A stretch of 64,000 nucleotides of DNA from assembly GCA_051313645.2 (NCBI GenBank), contig JBNRSN020000002.1, forward strand, positions 478,392,001 to 478,456,000, read 5' to 3'. The translations under genes and the position numbers were made by a program. Under the pieces are notes generated by a model. That model worked only from the letters and a program-made list of their open reading frames with translations. It was not told the origin of the DNA and did not search any database. The stretch is from Centroscyllium fabricii. Taxonomy: Eukaryota. Every line of letters starts with the position of its first letter. Positions within the stretch are counted from its first letter, which is position 1. Shown one piece after another: positions 49,382 to 63,700 of this stretch.

Positions 49382-49417
49382 AGTTAACGTTTCAGGTCGA
49401 TGACCTTTCGTCAGAAC
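49382..49417 (-). ncRNA. Minimal hammerhead ribozyme motif (Penelope-associated)
   Basis: Minus strand CTGACGA-AAGGTC-atc-GACCT-GAAA-CGTT; similar motif on plus at ~36301-36332. Confidence 0.55.
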
Positions 49418-51711
49418 TGGAAAAAAAAGCAGGAAATGGAACAGATTTTTAAGCAAGTGAAGAGGCTGGGAAAAGGGGGGAGGGGATGAAAGAACAAAAA
49501 GGGAAGGTCTGTGATAGGATAGAAGGCAGGAGCGGTTAAGAGACGTTGAGATATATTCAAGGCGAGAGGAGATGGTAATGGGACAGGGTAAGAAACAAAG
49601 GATGGCTGCAGATGAAGTGGGCGGCACGTTGGCATAGTGGTTAGCACTGTTGCCTTACAGCACTGGAGACCTGGGTTCAAATCCAGCCTCGGGTGACTAT
49701 CTGTGTGGAGTTTGCACATTCTCCCCGTGTCTGTGTGGGTTTCCTCCGGGTGCTCCGGTTTCCTCCCACAGTCCAAAGATGTGCGGGTTAGGTTGATTGG
49801 CCAGGATAAATTGACCCTTAGTGTTAGGGGGATTGAATATGTGGGGTTACAGGGATAGGGTGGGATATGTGTCGGTGCAGGCTCGATAGGGATCGAGGGG
49901 TATGGGGACAAGGCAGGGACAGGGTTTGGATGATCAGCCATGATCTCATTGAATGGCGGAGCAGGCTCGAAGGGCCAAATGGCCGACTCCTGCTCCTATC
50001 TTCTATGTTTCTATGAAGTGTAAATTGTGCTGGCAGAATGGAAGACAGCTGCCCTGTGGGACAGAAGAACAGACAAAGAGTGTGGATAAATTATCTCGAA
50101 CTGTTTTCCATCTTACCAGTGTCCTGGCCAATATTTATCCCTCAATCAACGAAAACAGATTATCTGGTCCTTGTCACATTGCGGTTTGTGGGAGCTCGCT
50201 ATACGCAAGCTGGCTGCCGCGTTTCCTACAGCAGGGGAGTTCTCCCCGGTGTCTTGCTCAATATTTATCCCTCAATCAACATAACAAGAACAGATGATCT
50301 GGGTCATTATTACATTGCTGTTTGTGGGAGCTTGCTGTGCACAAATTGGCTGCCGCGTTTCCCACATTACAACAGTGACTGTACTTCAAAAGTACTTCAT
50401 TGGCTGCAAAGCGCTTTGAGACGTCCGGTGGTCGTGTTATAAATGCAAGTCTTACTTTCATCAGACAATCAACTGAGCGAGAACAGGGACAGTAACACAA
50501 GTCGGACAATACAACAGATACATCAAACCTTTGACCATGCTGATTGTAATTAGAGATAGATTACTAATTAGAAGTTTGCCATCAGCAATCTAAGCTTTGG
50601 GACCAGCTGCAACCTTTGCAGTAAGCGCTCGAAGGGAAACTGCTCCGGCTGCGACGCTTGTCAGCACGCATTTCTCTGACTAATCTCGGTTACTGCACAC
50701 CTCAACATGAGATTACAACCTGACCTGTTAAAGACCAAGTGCCTATATAAATAAACCAACCCTGCAAGGCTGCGGTCTCTCAAGTGAATGGCGCACTTCA
50801 ATTTCCACCGCATCTAACCTACTTTTAAATCAGAGTAACCGCTACTTGCCTTGTCTAAACTGTCTCTGAGGCATCGCTGTGCTAACGGTTAGTAATAATG
50901 TGGAGGTGCCGGTGTTGGACTGGGGTGGACAAATGCAAAAAGTCACACACCACCAGGTTTATAGTCCAACGTTTTATTTTAAATCACAAGCTTTCGGAGC
51001 GCTGCTCCTTCCTCAGGTGACAGAAGAGACTGATTTAAAGATCACACATATCGGAGGAAGGGAGAAATCCGACCTCTTCCCCTAGAGCACACAAGCATAT
51101 TAGCATACCTTAACACCTCAATCTGCGAACAATGGGGCACAATTGCAAGGGTGGTCACATGCTCAAAACACACAGAATGATTTTTTTCCCCCTACTAACG
51201 GTTAGTAGCAGTCTATTTGTTTCAGCTCCAGCGGTCCGAATGGCCTCTGAATGTCTTCTGGAGGGTTGACAGACTCAAATTATCCAACATGCACAGTGGC
51301 TATTGATTTTCAGTAGAAACTGCAAGAGATCGGTTAAGTGCTCTGTCCATCTGTGTAAAACACATGACAGCACCAGGCAATGAGGGGAGGTGGGAGTGTG
51401 AATACTCGATGTAATCCCTGTGGTTGAATCAACGGGTGAAAATCTGCAGCTCAAGCGGTTTAGACTACCAATAATCTATCAATACACATCGTGCGCGCTG
51501 TAACACTAGAGCAACGGTGGCAGTAAAGTGGGTAACTGAGGCAACCACAATGGTATACAAAGCTCGATCCCACGAGTGGTCAGGTTCCTCAATATACAAA
51601 TGATAATACGTCACATGAAAAGCCAAAGATAAAGATAACCTATGGCACATAGCCCACAGCAAGAGGAGCTGAAGAGAGGGGAACAAGAAAGCTGGAAATA
51701 GTTGCTTCATT

Positions 51712-53200
51712 TATAAGAACATATGTAGGAGCAGGAGTCGGCCATACGGCCCCTCGGGCCTGCTCCGCCATTCAATAGGATCATGGCTGATCCGAACTTA
51801 GACTCACGTCCACTTCCCTGCCAACTCCCCGTAACCCCTTATTCCCCAATCAGTTAGGAAACTGTCTATCTCCGTTTTAAATTTATTTAATGTCGCAGTT
51901 TACACAGCTCTGAGGTAGTAAATTCCATAGATTTACTGCCCTCTGAGTGAAGAAGTTTCTCCTCATCTCAGTTTTGAAAGGGCAGCCCCTAATTCTCAGA
52001 TTATGCCCCCTAGTTCTCGTCTCACCCATCAGTGGAAACATCCTCACCGCATCCACCCGATCAAGCCTCCTCATAATCTTATATGTTTCGATAAGATCGC
52101 CTCCCATTCTTCTGAATTCCAACGAGTAGAGGCCCAACCTACTCGACCTTTCCTCATAAGTCAACCTCCTTATCTCCGGAATCAACCGAGTGAACCTTCT
52201 CTGAACTGCTTCGACAGCAAGTATATCTTTTCTTAAATATGGAAACCAAAACTGTACGCAGTATTCCAGGTGTGGCCTCACCAGTACCCTGTATAACTGC
52301 AGCAAGACTTCCCTGCTTTTATACTCCATCCCCCTTGCAATAAAAGCCAAGATCCCACTGGCCTTCCGGATCACCTGCTGTACCTGCAGACTAACCTTCT
52401 GTGTTTCATGCACCAGGGCCCCCAGATCCCTTTGTACCGTAACACATTGCAGTTTCTCTCCATTCAGATAATAACTTGCTCTTTGATTTTTTTTTGCCAG
52501 AGTGCATAACCTCACACTTTCCAACATTATATTCCATCTGCCAAACTCTTGCCCACTCACTTAGCCTGTCTATGTCCTTTTGCAGGTTTTCTATGTCCTC
52601 CTCACTCACTGCTTTCCCTCACATCTTTGTATCGTCGGCAAACTTGGATACATTGCACTCGGTCCCTTCCTCCAAATCGTTAATATAGATTGTAAAGAGT
52701 TGGGGTCCCAGCACTGACCCCGCGGAACACCACAAGTTACTGATTGCCAACCTGAGAATGAACCATTTATCCCAACTCTCTGTTTTCTGTTAGATAGCCA
52801 ATCTTCCACCCATGCCAGTATATTATCCCCAATCCTGTGATTTTTTATCTTGTGCAGTAATCTTTTGTGTGGCACCTTGTCAAATGCCTTTTGGAAGTCC
52901 AAATACACCACATCCACCGGTTCCCCTTTATCCACCCTGTTTGTTACGTCCTCAAAGAATTCCAGCAAATTTGTCAATCATGATTTCCCTTTCGTAAAAC
53001 CATGCTGACTCGGTCCGATTAAATTATGCTTATCCAAATGTCCTGTTACTGCTTCCTTAATAATGGACTCCAACATTTTACCAGAGATGTTAGGCTAACC
53101 GGTCTATAGTTTCCAGCCTTTTGTCTGTCTCCCTTTTTAAATAAGGGCGTTACATTAGCAGTTTTCCAATCTGCTGGGACCTTTCCTGAATCCAGGGAGT
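51712..53200 (-). mobile_element. CR1 LINE RT fragment
   Basis: [28 protein letters not shown]. Confidence 0.88.
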
Positions 53201-53544
53201 TTATACTTCCTTCTCACCAGTTATGATACAAGGTAATTACATTTAAGATGGAAAGAAGCAACTGAATTCGCATTGATTATTGTCGTCATTTTTTTGAATC
53301 ACTAATTTTCACACCTCCAGGTCTTTTGATGCAAATCGTACTACTCGGGCAGCAGGTCACATCAATAACTTGCATTTCCATTGCGTCTTTGATGTAAAGA
53401 AACATGTCAAGGAACTGCACAAGTAGACATAAGGGAAACAAGACAGAGTTGGGGAGAGGGAGATTGGTATGGGTGACAAAGATCGATTAAGAATTTAGAG
53501 GTGTTGAAAAGGGGGGGATGGGGGAGAGGAAGTTATGGAGATGG

Positions 53545-55318
53545 AGACAACATTGGTGGGAGGTGTCTATAGACCTCCAAACAGTAGTGAGAATGTAGGG
53601 GTTTGCATCAAACAGGAAATTAGAGATGCAGGTCACAAGGGTACCACAGTAATCATGGGTGACTTCAATCTACATACAGACTGGCCAAACCTAATGAGCA
53701 ATTATACTGTGGAGGATGAATTCCTGGAGTGTGCACGAGATGTGTTTTAGACCAGTACGTTGAGCCAACTAGGGAACAGGCTATCCTAGATTGGGTATTG
53801 TGCAAGGGGTTAATTAATAATCTCGTTGTGTGGGGTCCTTTAGGGAAGAGTGACCATAACATGCTAGAATTCTTCATTAAGGTGGAAAGTGAAGTCGTCC
53901 AATCTGAAATTAGGGTCCTAAATCTAAACAAGGGAAACTGATGGTATGAGGAGTGAGTTGGCTATGATAGGTTGGGGAGCTTCATTAAAAGGCACGACGG
54001 TGGATAGGCAATGACTAACATTTAAGGAATGAAATGCATGAATTGCAACAGTTATACATTCCTTTCTGGCGCAAAAGCACAAAAAGGAAAAGCGGCCCAA
54101 CCATGGCTAACAAAAGAAATTAAGGATAGTGTTAGATCCAAAGAGGAGTCATATAAAGTTGCCAGAAAAAGTAGCAAGCCTGAGGATTGGGAGAAGTTTA
54201 GAGTTCAGCAAAAAAAGGACCAAGAGATTGATTAAGAGGGGAAAAATAGAGTACGAGAGTAAACTTGCAAGGAACATAAAAGCGGATTGTAAAAGCCTCC
54301 ACAAGTATGTAAAAAGAAAAAGATTATAGAATGCAAATGTAGGTCCCTTACAGTCAGAAACAGGAGAATTTATAATGGGGAACAAGGAAATGGCAGGGCA
54401 ATTAAACAAATACTTTGGTTCTGTCTTCATGGAAGAGGACAGAAATAACTTCCCAGAAATGCTAGGGTCAAGTAAGAAGGAGGCAATAAAGGAAATTAGC
54501 AAAAAAAAAGTGCTGGAGAAATTAATGGGACTGAAAGCTGATAAATCTCCAGGGCCTGATAATCCGCATCCCAGTGTACTAAAAGAGGTAGCTATGGAAA
54601 TAGTGGATGCATTGGTTGTCATCGTCCAAAATTTTATAGATTATGGAACAGTTCCTGCAGATTGGAGGGTGACAAATGTAACCCCACTATTTAAAAGAAT
54701 GAGGGAGAGAGAAAACAGGGAACTACAGTCCGGTTAGCCTATCAGTGAGACCACACCTGGAGTACTGTGTGCAGTTTTTGTCTCCTTACCCAAGAAAGGA
54801 TATACTTGCCATTGAGAGAGTGCAGCCAAGGTTCACCAGACTGATTCCTGGGATGGCAGGACTGTCATATGAGGAGAGACTGGGTCGACTAGGCCTGTAC
54901 TCACTAGAGTTTAGAAGAATGAGGGGGGATCTGATTGGAACGTATAAAATTTTGACAGGGCTTGACAGACTAGATGCAGGAAGGATGTTTCACCTGGCTG
55001 GGGGGGGGTCTAGAACGAGGGGTCACAGTCTCAGGATATGGGGTAGGACATTTAGGACTGAGATGAGGAGAAATTTCTTCACCCAGAGGGTGGTGAACCT
55101 GTGGAATTCTCTACCACAGAAGGCTGTGGAGGCCAAGTCACTGAATATATTGAAGGAGGAGATCGATAGATTTCTAGACACTAAAGGCATCAAGGGGTAT
55201 GGGGAGAGAGCGGGAATATGGTATTGAGATAGAGGATCAGCCATGATCATATTGAATGGCGGAGCAGGCTCGAAGGGCCAAATGGCCGACTCCTGCTCCT
55301 ATTTTTTGATGTTTCTAT
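53545..55318 (+). mobile_element. CR1 ORF2 fragment (endonuclease to RT start) joined to the 3' end by an internal deletion near 54745
   Basis: GGVYRPPNS..MGDFN, SDHN, KSPGPD, then an abrupt jump to RPHLEYC. Confidence 0.85.
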
Positions 55319-55449
55319 GGAGATGTTTCGGGTGGGCGTTCCAAACAGTAGGACCAAGACAGCCAAAGACTGCCACCAATGGTGTGACATGACCATTACC
55401 AAATGACTTGCCCCAATGGGGTAACAAAAATGAATAAATAGAAAGGAGT

Positions 55450-55850
55450 CCTGTACACATTGTAGCAACTCCATTCCCTTAACCTAGCTCTATTGGCCAA
55501 TTAATTTCGGGGTAGTTGAAATCCCCCATGATTGTTCTTCTATTTGTTTTTTTACTAATTTCCCCGATTTGTTTACATATTTCTTCCTCCACCTCCCTTC
55601 CACTATTAGGTGGTCTGTAGACTACCCCAATAGCGTGACTGATCTTTTATCTCTATTCACATGAATTCTATTTCTGTCGTACTGATGGCTGAGTCACTTT
55701 TTCCTACTGCCATTATGTTATCTCTAAGTACAGCTACTCCACCTCCCCCCCTCTATCTTCTCTAAATATGTTATGCCCCGTAATGTTAAATTCCCAGTCC
55801 TGATTTTTCTGTAGCCATGTCTCAGTAATCCCTATTATGTCTTGGTTCCT
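55450..55850 (-). mobile_element. CR1 endonuclease fragment
   Basis: DIIGITETWLQ..NIFREDR. Confidence 0.7.
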
Positions 55851-56296
55851 CGCAACGCAGGATTGCCTCCAGCTCCTCTGTTTTATTACGGGCACTGTGT
55901 TCATTGCTGTACAGTTTGACTCATTTTTAACAGCAGTTCCTCTCAATTTATTTTTAACCATCTTTTTACACTCTTGTTCTGCAACTATTTATTCCCTGGC
56001 CATTTATGGCCTAAATAAAGAGATTTGTGCAAGATCGTCTCAATGGTTAATATTTAATGCATACATATGGAAGACCATCAGCAAAGGTTAGGAAAGGCAG
56101 AGATAGCGAATGCCACCCCACCCCAAAGGTTTCCACTTTAACCACCTCATGAAACTCTATACAATTTGGCTCAAATTCACATTAAAGTTTTCCTCAGAAG
56201 TCCCAAGAATGATGGCTGTGAGGAATCAAGTTGTCACGGTATTACTATCGGGGGGGGGGGGGGGATCGGGGGATCTGTTCTGGAGAATCTGTTCTG

Positions 56297-57025
56297 AAGA
56301 AAACTAAGGAGATCATAGTAGACTTCCGGAGGACTGGAAGCAGAAGACACACCCCCATCTTCATCCAAGGGGCTGAGGTGGAAAGGGTGTCCAGCTTCAA
56401 GTTCCTCGGGGTCCACATCTCGGAAGATCTCTCCTGGTCACTAAACACCTCCTCTCTGGTTAAGAAGGCCCAACAGCGCCTGTACTTCCTAAGGAAGCTG
56501 AAGAAAGCCAGGCTGTCATCCGGCATCCTCTCCAACTTCTACCGCTGCACAATAGAAAGCATACTGACAAGCTGCATCACAGTCTGGTATGGAAATTGCA
56601 TCATCTCGGACCGGAAAACCCTGCAGCGGGTAGTCAAAACTGCCCAACGAATCACCGGTACCCAGCTACCATCAATGGAAAGCATCGACCTCAAACGCTG
56701 CTTACGGAGGTCTCTGAACATTATTAAAGACCCCACACACCCCAGCTACAGTCTGTTCGCCCCCCTGCCCTCCGGGAGATGCTACAGAGCAATTTGCACC
56801 TGCACGACTAGATTTCAGAACAGTTTCTTCCCCAGGGCGGTCAGCCTCCTGAACTCTAAAAAGAAACTCCGGTACCTGCACGCCTGATAATGTACTTTAC
56901 TGTATGCAATTTGCATGTAATTTATTTGCACTACTCTCGGGAGCGTCGAGTCTTCGTCTCGTTGTATTGTACTAGTACTCTGCAATGACAATAAAACTTG
57001 AATTGAATTGAATTGAATTGAATTG
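56297..57025 (+). mobile_element. Rex1/Babar LINE 3' fragment
   Basis: ORF 56231-56887 and (AATTG)n tail. Confidence 0.85.
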
Positions 57026-59350
57026 GAGATGGGATTACAGCGCATTGTTGGGACTGGTCAGGCAGAAGCTTCATCTTGCATCTAACCCGGGGACTTACAA
57101 TGACGCTCGGTGTGAAAAGGGAGAAGTGTGCCTCGGACTGTGAGCCTTGTGCTAGTGCGGTTTTTAACAGCCATGAGTCACCTGCTGCCGGCTCAGCACA
57201 GGACCATTGTGCAACTACTTGAATAATATAGGATGCGAGGGGAAGAGGCGACTTTCACAATGCAAATATAATTTTTCCAGGGCAACGGTACATTAGTGAT
57301 CAGACACGAGGGTCTCACTGTGTGTAGACCACCTTTTTGGGGACAACAGTCGCCACTAATTTGCAATGCGACATTTCCCAAGCAAGCCATTCATTGATCG
57401 ACACATCAACAGCTTTATGTTCATGAATTGTACCTTATTTTTCATATGTAGCCTCTTTGCCAAGACAGCTTTGACGTAAAGAATGGATTTACTGCCAGAA
57501 CACTTTGATGCATGCAAAGGGCGATTAATCTTTTTTGGAAACCACTCTCTTCGTCAGACAGTTCATTTATTTATACATCATTGTGATGGCTAAATACCTT
57601 GAGGGCTGATAATCTGGCATCAACGCAGCTGAATGACGACCCTAGGGTGCGAGTCTGATCATGCCAGCCACCGACAGCCAATGACAATCCACAGATACTA
57701 TAAAAAACCGCAGATTTAATCTGGTGACACAAATCCCATGGGACATACGTTTAATTATGAAATAATCCCAGAGTTTAGCTAATCCAACGAAAAAGGAGAG
57801 GCTTGCATTTCTGTAGCGCCTTTCACGACCTCAGGATGCCCAAAAGCGCTTCACAGCCAATGAAGTAATTTTGAAGTGCAGTCACTGTTGTGACATAGGA
57901 AACGCGGCAGCCAATTGTGCATAGCAAGCTCCCACAAACAGCAATGTAATAATGACTAGACGATCTGTTTTAGTGATATTGAGTGAGGAATAAATATTGG
58001 CCAGGACACCGAGGAGGACACCCCTGATCAGCCATGATCTCATCGAATAGCGGAGCAGGCTCGAGGGGCCGAATGGCCTACTCTTGCTCCTATTTTCTAC
58101 GTTTTCTATGTTTCTAGTGCCGTGGGATCTTTTCCGTCCACCTGAGAGCAGACGGGGCCTCGGTTTAACGTCTCATCCGAAAGACGGCACCTCCGACTGT
58201 GCAGCACTCCCTCAGCACCGGACTGGGAGTGCCCGCCTAGGTTTTTGTGCTCAAGTCTCTGGAGTGGGACTTGAACCCACAACCTTCGGACCGAGTGTTA
58301 CCCACTGAACGACGGCGGACATCCATATTACAAGATAAATATAGGCGATTCTAGCCATTCAGCCCAATCTAGCCCCTCCACCCTACAACAAGTGTCAACC
58401 TTTTTGCCTTTGTAGGAGTCACCCACTAACAAGACAACAGCGCCAAGGAAGGTCTTTTCCAAATCTCCTGGCTCACACAACAAAAAACAAGTGATCAAAG
58501 TGGAAATAGAACAGAGATGCCCAAGTGTGAGGAGCTTAGTCCTAAGCCTCTCTTCCACATGCTAGAAGCTGGGCCGTCTGGCCATCCTGCCATAGATGAC
58601 CTTGGAAGTAGGGCGTCCAATTCACGGAGATTGGTTTTCACGCGGTTCCATTTAGGGCAGCGGAGAGCTAGTTACTCAACTCTCTCATTCATAACCTAAT
58701 CCTCTGCACCGCCTCCGGGGCTTAAACATTTCCCTCGTGCCTCAATGAGCAAAACTCTAGAGAGAACAGAAGGTACAGTCAGACAAGAGCATTAGCGTTT
58801 CAGCGTGACGTCCTCCGACTTGCAATCCAATTGGCAATATATTCCAGCATTTGATTTGTTTTGATTGTAGCTAAACTGTGAGCAGACTGGTTGAGTCCAG
58901 TGTCCACTCACACCCATAGGTAGCTCTCAATTTTACCTTCAGCTACTTCGATACCTTTCATTGCGTACATACAGTACTTAGATTTTCTTCCAATATACAA
59001 TTCCTTACACTTATCCATGATCAATTCTATCTGTACCGTTCTGACAGCTTACACATTCATCAGCTCATTTCGCAGGTCACTGGTTGCATCAGACTCAATT
59101 GCCACCCTTAGCTTATCATCTCAGAACGTGAGCAGTTTGCATCAAGCATTCAAAGCCTTCAATATAAAAACAGAAACAGTAAGGGGTCGCAGGATTGATC
59201 CAAGGTATTCACTTAGTCCTAACTCAACATTACTCCCCAAACAAATATCCGCTGCTTCTGTCTCTTCCAGCAGATAGCTTACTCACTTACAGGTTTTTAT
59301 CTGGAACCCTCACCATTTTAACCTAATGTAGCAGCCTCACTAAGACTAAT

Positions 59351-60042
59351 CATAGAAACATAGAAGATAGGAGCAGAAGTCGGCCATTCGGCCCCTCGAT
59401 CCTGCTCCGCCATTCAATGAGATCATGGCTGATCATCCAAATTCAGTACCCCATATCTGCCTTCTCCCCATATCCCTTGATCCCTTTAGTCTCAAGGAAT
59501 ATATCCAACTCCTTCTTGAATATATTTAATGAACTGGCCTCCACCACCCTCTGTGGCAGAGAATTCCACAGGTTCACCACTCTCTGGGTGAAGAAATTCC
59601 TCCTCATCTCAGTCCTAAATGGCTTACCCCTTATCCTTAAGACTGTGACCCCTGGTTCTGGACTCCCCGGCCATCGGAAACATTCTTCCTGCATTGTCTG
59701 TCCAGGCCTGACAGAATTTTATAGGTTTCGATGAGATCCCCTCTCAATCTTCTAAACTCCAGTGAGTATAAGCCCAATCTCTCCTCATACGTCATTCCTG
59801 CCATCCCAGGTATCAGTCTGGTGAATCTTCGCTGCACTCCCTCCATGCCAAGAACATCCTTCCTCAGATTAGGCAACCAAAACTGCACACAATACTCAAG
59901 GTGTGGTCTCACCAAGGCCCCGTACAGCTGCAAGACATCCTTGTTCCTGTACTCAAACCCTCTCGCTACAAAGGCCATTTGCCTTCTTAACCGCCTGCTG
60001 CACCTGCATGCTTACCTTCAGCGACTGGTGCACAAGGACACC
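59351..60042 (-). mobile_element. CR1 3' fragment
   Basis: [23 protein letters not shown]. Confidence 0.83.
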
Positions 60043-61272
60043 CATCCGTTCATTATATCTCACTGCTGTTTGCTAGACCTTGCCGTGCGCAAACTGCCTG
60101 TCGTGTAACCCTTCATTACAACAGTGACTGCATGGAGATGCCCTAGAGAAACCAAGGTCAAGGGGAATCAAAGGAAAGACCCTCCAGTAGCTGGGAGTCA
60201 CGCCTGACACAAAGGAAGATGGCTGTGGTCGGCGGAGGCTAATCATCGCTGCCCCAGGCCATCGCTGCAGGCCTTCCTCAGGGCAGCATCCTCAGTATAG
60301 GGTCAGGCCTGGGGCTACATGCTGATGATTCCAGTGGCCCGGTCTATTCACAACTGCTCTAATAAGACAGCCCATGCCAGCTTACAGCAGGACCTGGACA
60401 ACATCCAGGCTTGGACCGACAAGTAGTAGGTAACTTGCGTTACCAATGATACCAGGGACTTCAGTTATGTGGTTAAGAAGGACTAGAGAAGCTGGGATTG
60501 TTATAAGAACATAAGAAATAGGAGCAGGAGTAGGCCAATCAGGCCCTCGCACCTGCTCTGCCATTCAATAAGATCATGGCTGATCTGATCCTAACCTCAA
60601 ATCTACTTTCACTCTCCATCCCCACCCGAACCCAGGTGATCTCCCGGGAGAGGCGAAAAACCAGATTTAAAAAACCAATGGCCAATTTGGGAGAAAAAAT
60701 CTGCGAAATTCCTCTCCGACCCATCTAGGCGATCGAAACTCGTCCAGATCACCACTCTGGCCCTGAATTTCCTGCAGAACCTACCTTCTGTAAGAGGTGA
60801 CCAGGCCACACGGCCCCCGGGCCCGCTCCGCCACCCACAGGAACATGGCCGATCCGAACCGAGACTCACGTCCACTTACCTGCCCGCTCTCCGTAACCCC
60901 TAATTCCCTTTACTTCTAGGAAACTGTCTATCTCTGTTTTAAATTTATTTAATGTTGTAGCTTCCACAGCTCTCTGGGGCAGCAAATTCCACAGACCTAC
61001 CACCCTCAGTGAAGAGGTTTCTCATCTCAGTTTTGTTCTTAGGGCAGAGGAGGTTATGGGTAGAGTAATAAAGGTATTCAACATTATGAAGGGTTTTGAT
61101 AAGAGTAGATAGAGAGAAACGGTTTCCACTGGCAGGAGGGTCAGTAACCAGGGGACACAGATTTACGATAATTGGCAAAAGAACCAGAGAGATGAGATGA
61201 GAATTTTTTTTAACGCAGCAAGTTATGATCCGGAATTCACTGCCTGAATTGGAGGTGAATACAGATTCAATA

Positions 61273-61799
61273 CAGGAAACTCTATTATCCGGCACCTAAA
61301 TATCCGGCATTCTCTACTAACCGGCAAAATTCTTGCTCCGAAAACAACACCTCAATAACCGGCAATGTTGCCGAGTCCGAGACCGAGTCTCCCGCGGTGG
61401 CAGAGTCAATCAATTGGGGTAGTTCTCCAAACTGCCACTGCTCGGATTCTTGCCGCTGTTTGAAGTCGGAACACCTCAAAAACCCTGCGACAGAAGCCGG
61501 AGACTCTCCCACGCTGCCGGTAGCTTCTTCCGATCCGCCATTTTACAGGGGTACAGTACGGTACTGTGTGTCTCCCACCCTCGACTGGCAGTATGTATTT
61601 AATCAAGCATCTTCCACCAACCAATTAACACAACATTCTGTAGGCGAGTACCCAATTACTGTATGCTGCACATTTCTTGATTTTTTTATTTTTCTTTGTT
61701 AAAAATAGCCTCGGTAGATAACCCTCTCCGTTATCCGGAAATTTTGCTAAACCGGCAACACGTTGGTCCCCTTGGTGCCAGATAATAAAGAGTTTCCTG
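61273..61799. mobile_element. MITE, CAGGAAACTCT subfamily, nested in CR1
   Basis: TA-flanked TIRs inside a CR1 3' region. Confidence 0.85.
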
Positions 61800-62497
61800 T
61801 AATAACTTTCAAAAGGGAATTGGACAAATACTAGAAAAGGAAAAATTTGCAGGGCAAGGTAGAAAAGGGTGGGACTAATTAGATAGCTTTTTCGAAGAGC
61901 TGGCGGTGGGCCGAATGGCCTACTTCTTTGTTGCATGATTCTATTCTAGGTTTGGTGCATGACTGCCGGGTAATGGCCATCTCGAGCAAGAGAAAGCCCA
62001 GCCATCGCCCCAAGACCTTCGATGACCCCAATATCACTGAAACCCCCGCCATCAAAATCCTGGAGGCCACCATTAACCGTTGCCATGGGATGTTTATCCA
62101 CAAGTGTCAGATTTAATAATGCACGTTATTGCACAGAATCGTTGGGAGATTAACCAGACACAGTTAGAGCGCATTGACGACAATGGCATTATGTTAGCCG
62201 GATGTAATTAAACAAACCCCGGAGCTCCATGGGACTTCTTGATCTAGTCTTGCTGAGGTTAATGCAAGCAGTCCGGAAAACACACTTTCAATCAACAGCT
62301 CAAAAGCTGTCGAGGCTGGGGGATCAACTGAAAATTACAAAACTGAGATGGACAGAATTTTGTTAAGCAAGGGTATTAAGGGTTATGGAACCAAGGCGGG
62401 TAAATGGAGTTAAGATACTGATCAGCCGTGATCGAACTGAATGGTGCAACAGGCTCGAGGGGCTGAATGGCCTCCTCCTGTTCCTATGTTCCAGATG

Positions 62498-62873
62498 CCA
62501 GAAGTCACACAAATACCAAATTATAGTTCAACAGTTTTATTTAAAATCACAAGCTTTCGGAGCGCTGCTCCTTCCTCAGGTGAAAGAGAGAGACTGACTT
62601 AAAGAACGCACATGTGTGATGGAGAGAAATCTGATATCTCCCACATCTCACCTCAGTAGAGATAGACACACAAAGGCTTATTAACATATTTTAAGTGTTT
62701 CATTTAAACATAGCATATATAGAGAGAGATAACAATGTGGTCTCTCCAGTTGTTTCACATCACACGTCAGCTGAGGGACATCACAAGCTTTAAAATAAAA
62801 CTGTTGGACTATAATCTGGTGTTGTGTGACTTCTTGCATTTGTCCACCCCAGTCCAACACCGGCACCTCCACA
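62498..62873. mobile_element. Penelope-type repeat with inverted (foldback) ends
   Basis: gaagtcacac..ttttatttaaaa at the left is the reverse complement of the right arm. Confidence 0.65.
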
Positions 62874-63137
62874 CTATGTTCCTGAAGCAGTCCTTGGTAT
62901 GCGAGTTGTGTTATAATTTGTACCTATATTTCAGTCACTGCATGTAATGGGTTGTGTTTTATTATCTCATTGACTGGTTAATACTCTATTAAATCAGGAG
63001 TTTCAATGCTTCCTAGTTCTCGAACTTCTGTTGGAGGTCAAGGATGTATGACAATATCCTATAATATATCCCCATTGCCCCTATGTGGAGATATGACAAT
63101 AGCCTGTAATACCCCCACATAAGGGCAATAACATATC

Positions 63138-63695
63138 ATAAGTAGGAGCCGGAGTCGGCCATACGGCCCATCGGGCCTGCTCCGCCATTCAATAGGATCA
63201 TGGCTGATCCGAACTTAGACTCACGTCCACTTCCCTCTCCCCGTAACCCCTTGTTCCCCTATCAGCTGGGAAACTATCTCTGTTTTAAATTTATTTAATG
63301 TTGCAGCTTCCACAGCTCTGAGGTAGTAAATTCCATAGATGTATTACCCTCTGAGTGAAGATGTTTCTCCTCATCTCAGTTTTGAAAGGGCAGCCCCTTA
63401 TTCTAAGATTATGCCCCCTAGTTCAAGTCTCACCCATCAGTGGAAACATCCTCACCGCATCCACCCGATCAAGCCCCCTCACAATCTTATATGTTTCGAT
63501 AAGATCATCTCTCATTCTTCTGAATTCCAATGAGTAGAGGCCCAACCTACTCAACCTTTCCTCATAAGTCAACCTCCTCATCTCCGGAATCAACCGAGTG
63601 AACCTTCTCTGAATTGCCTCGAGAGCAAGTATTTATTTTCTTAAATATGGAAACCAAAACTGTACGCAGTATTCCAGGTGTGGCCTCACCAATAG
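63138..63695 (-). mobile_element. CR1 3' fragment
   Basis: Similar to 8622-9420 and 51712-52300. Confidence 0.8.
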
Positions 63696-63700
63696 GGATA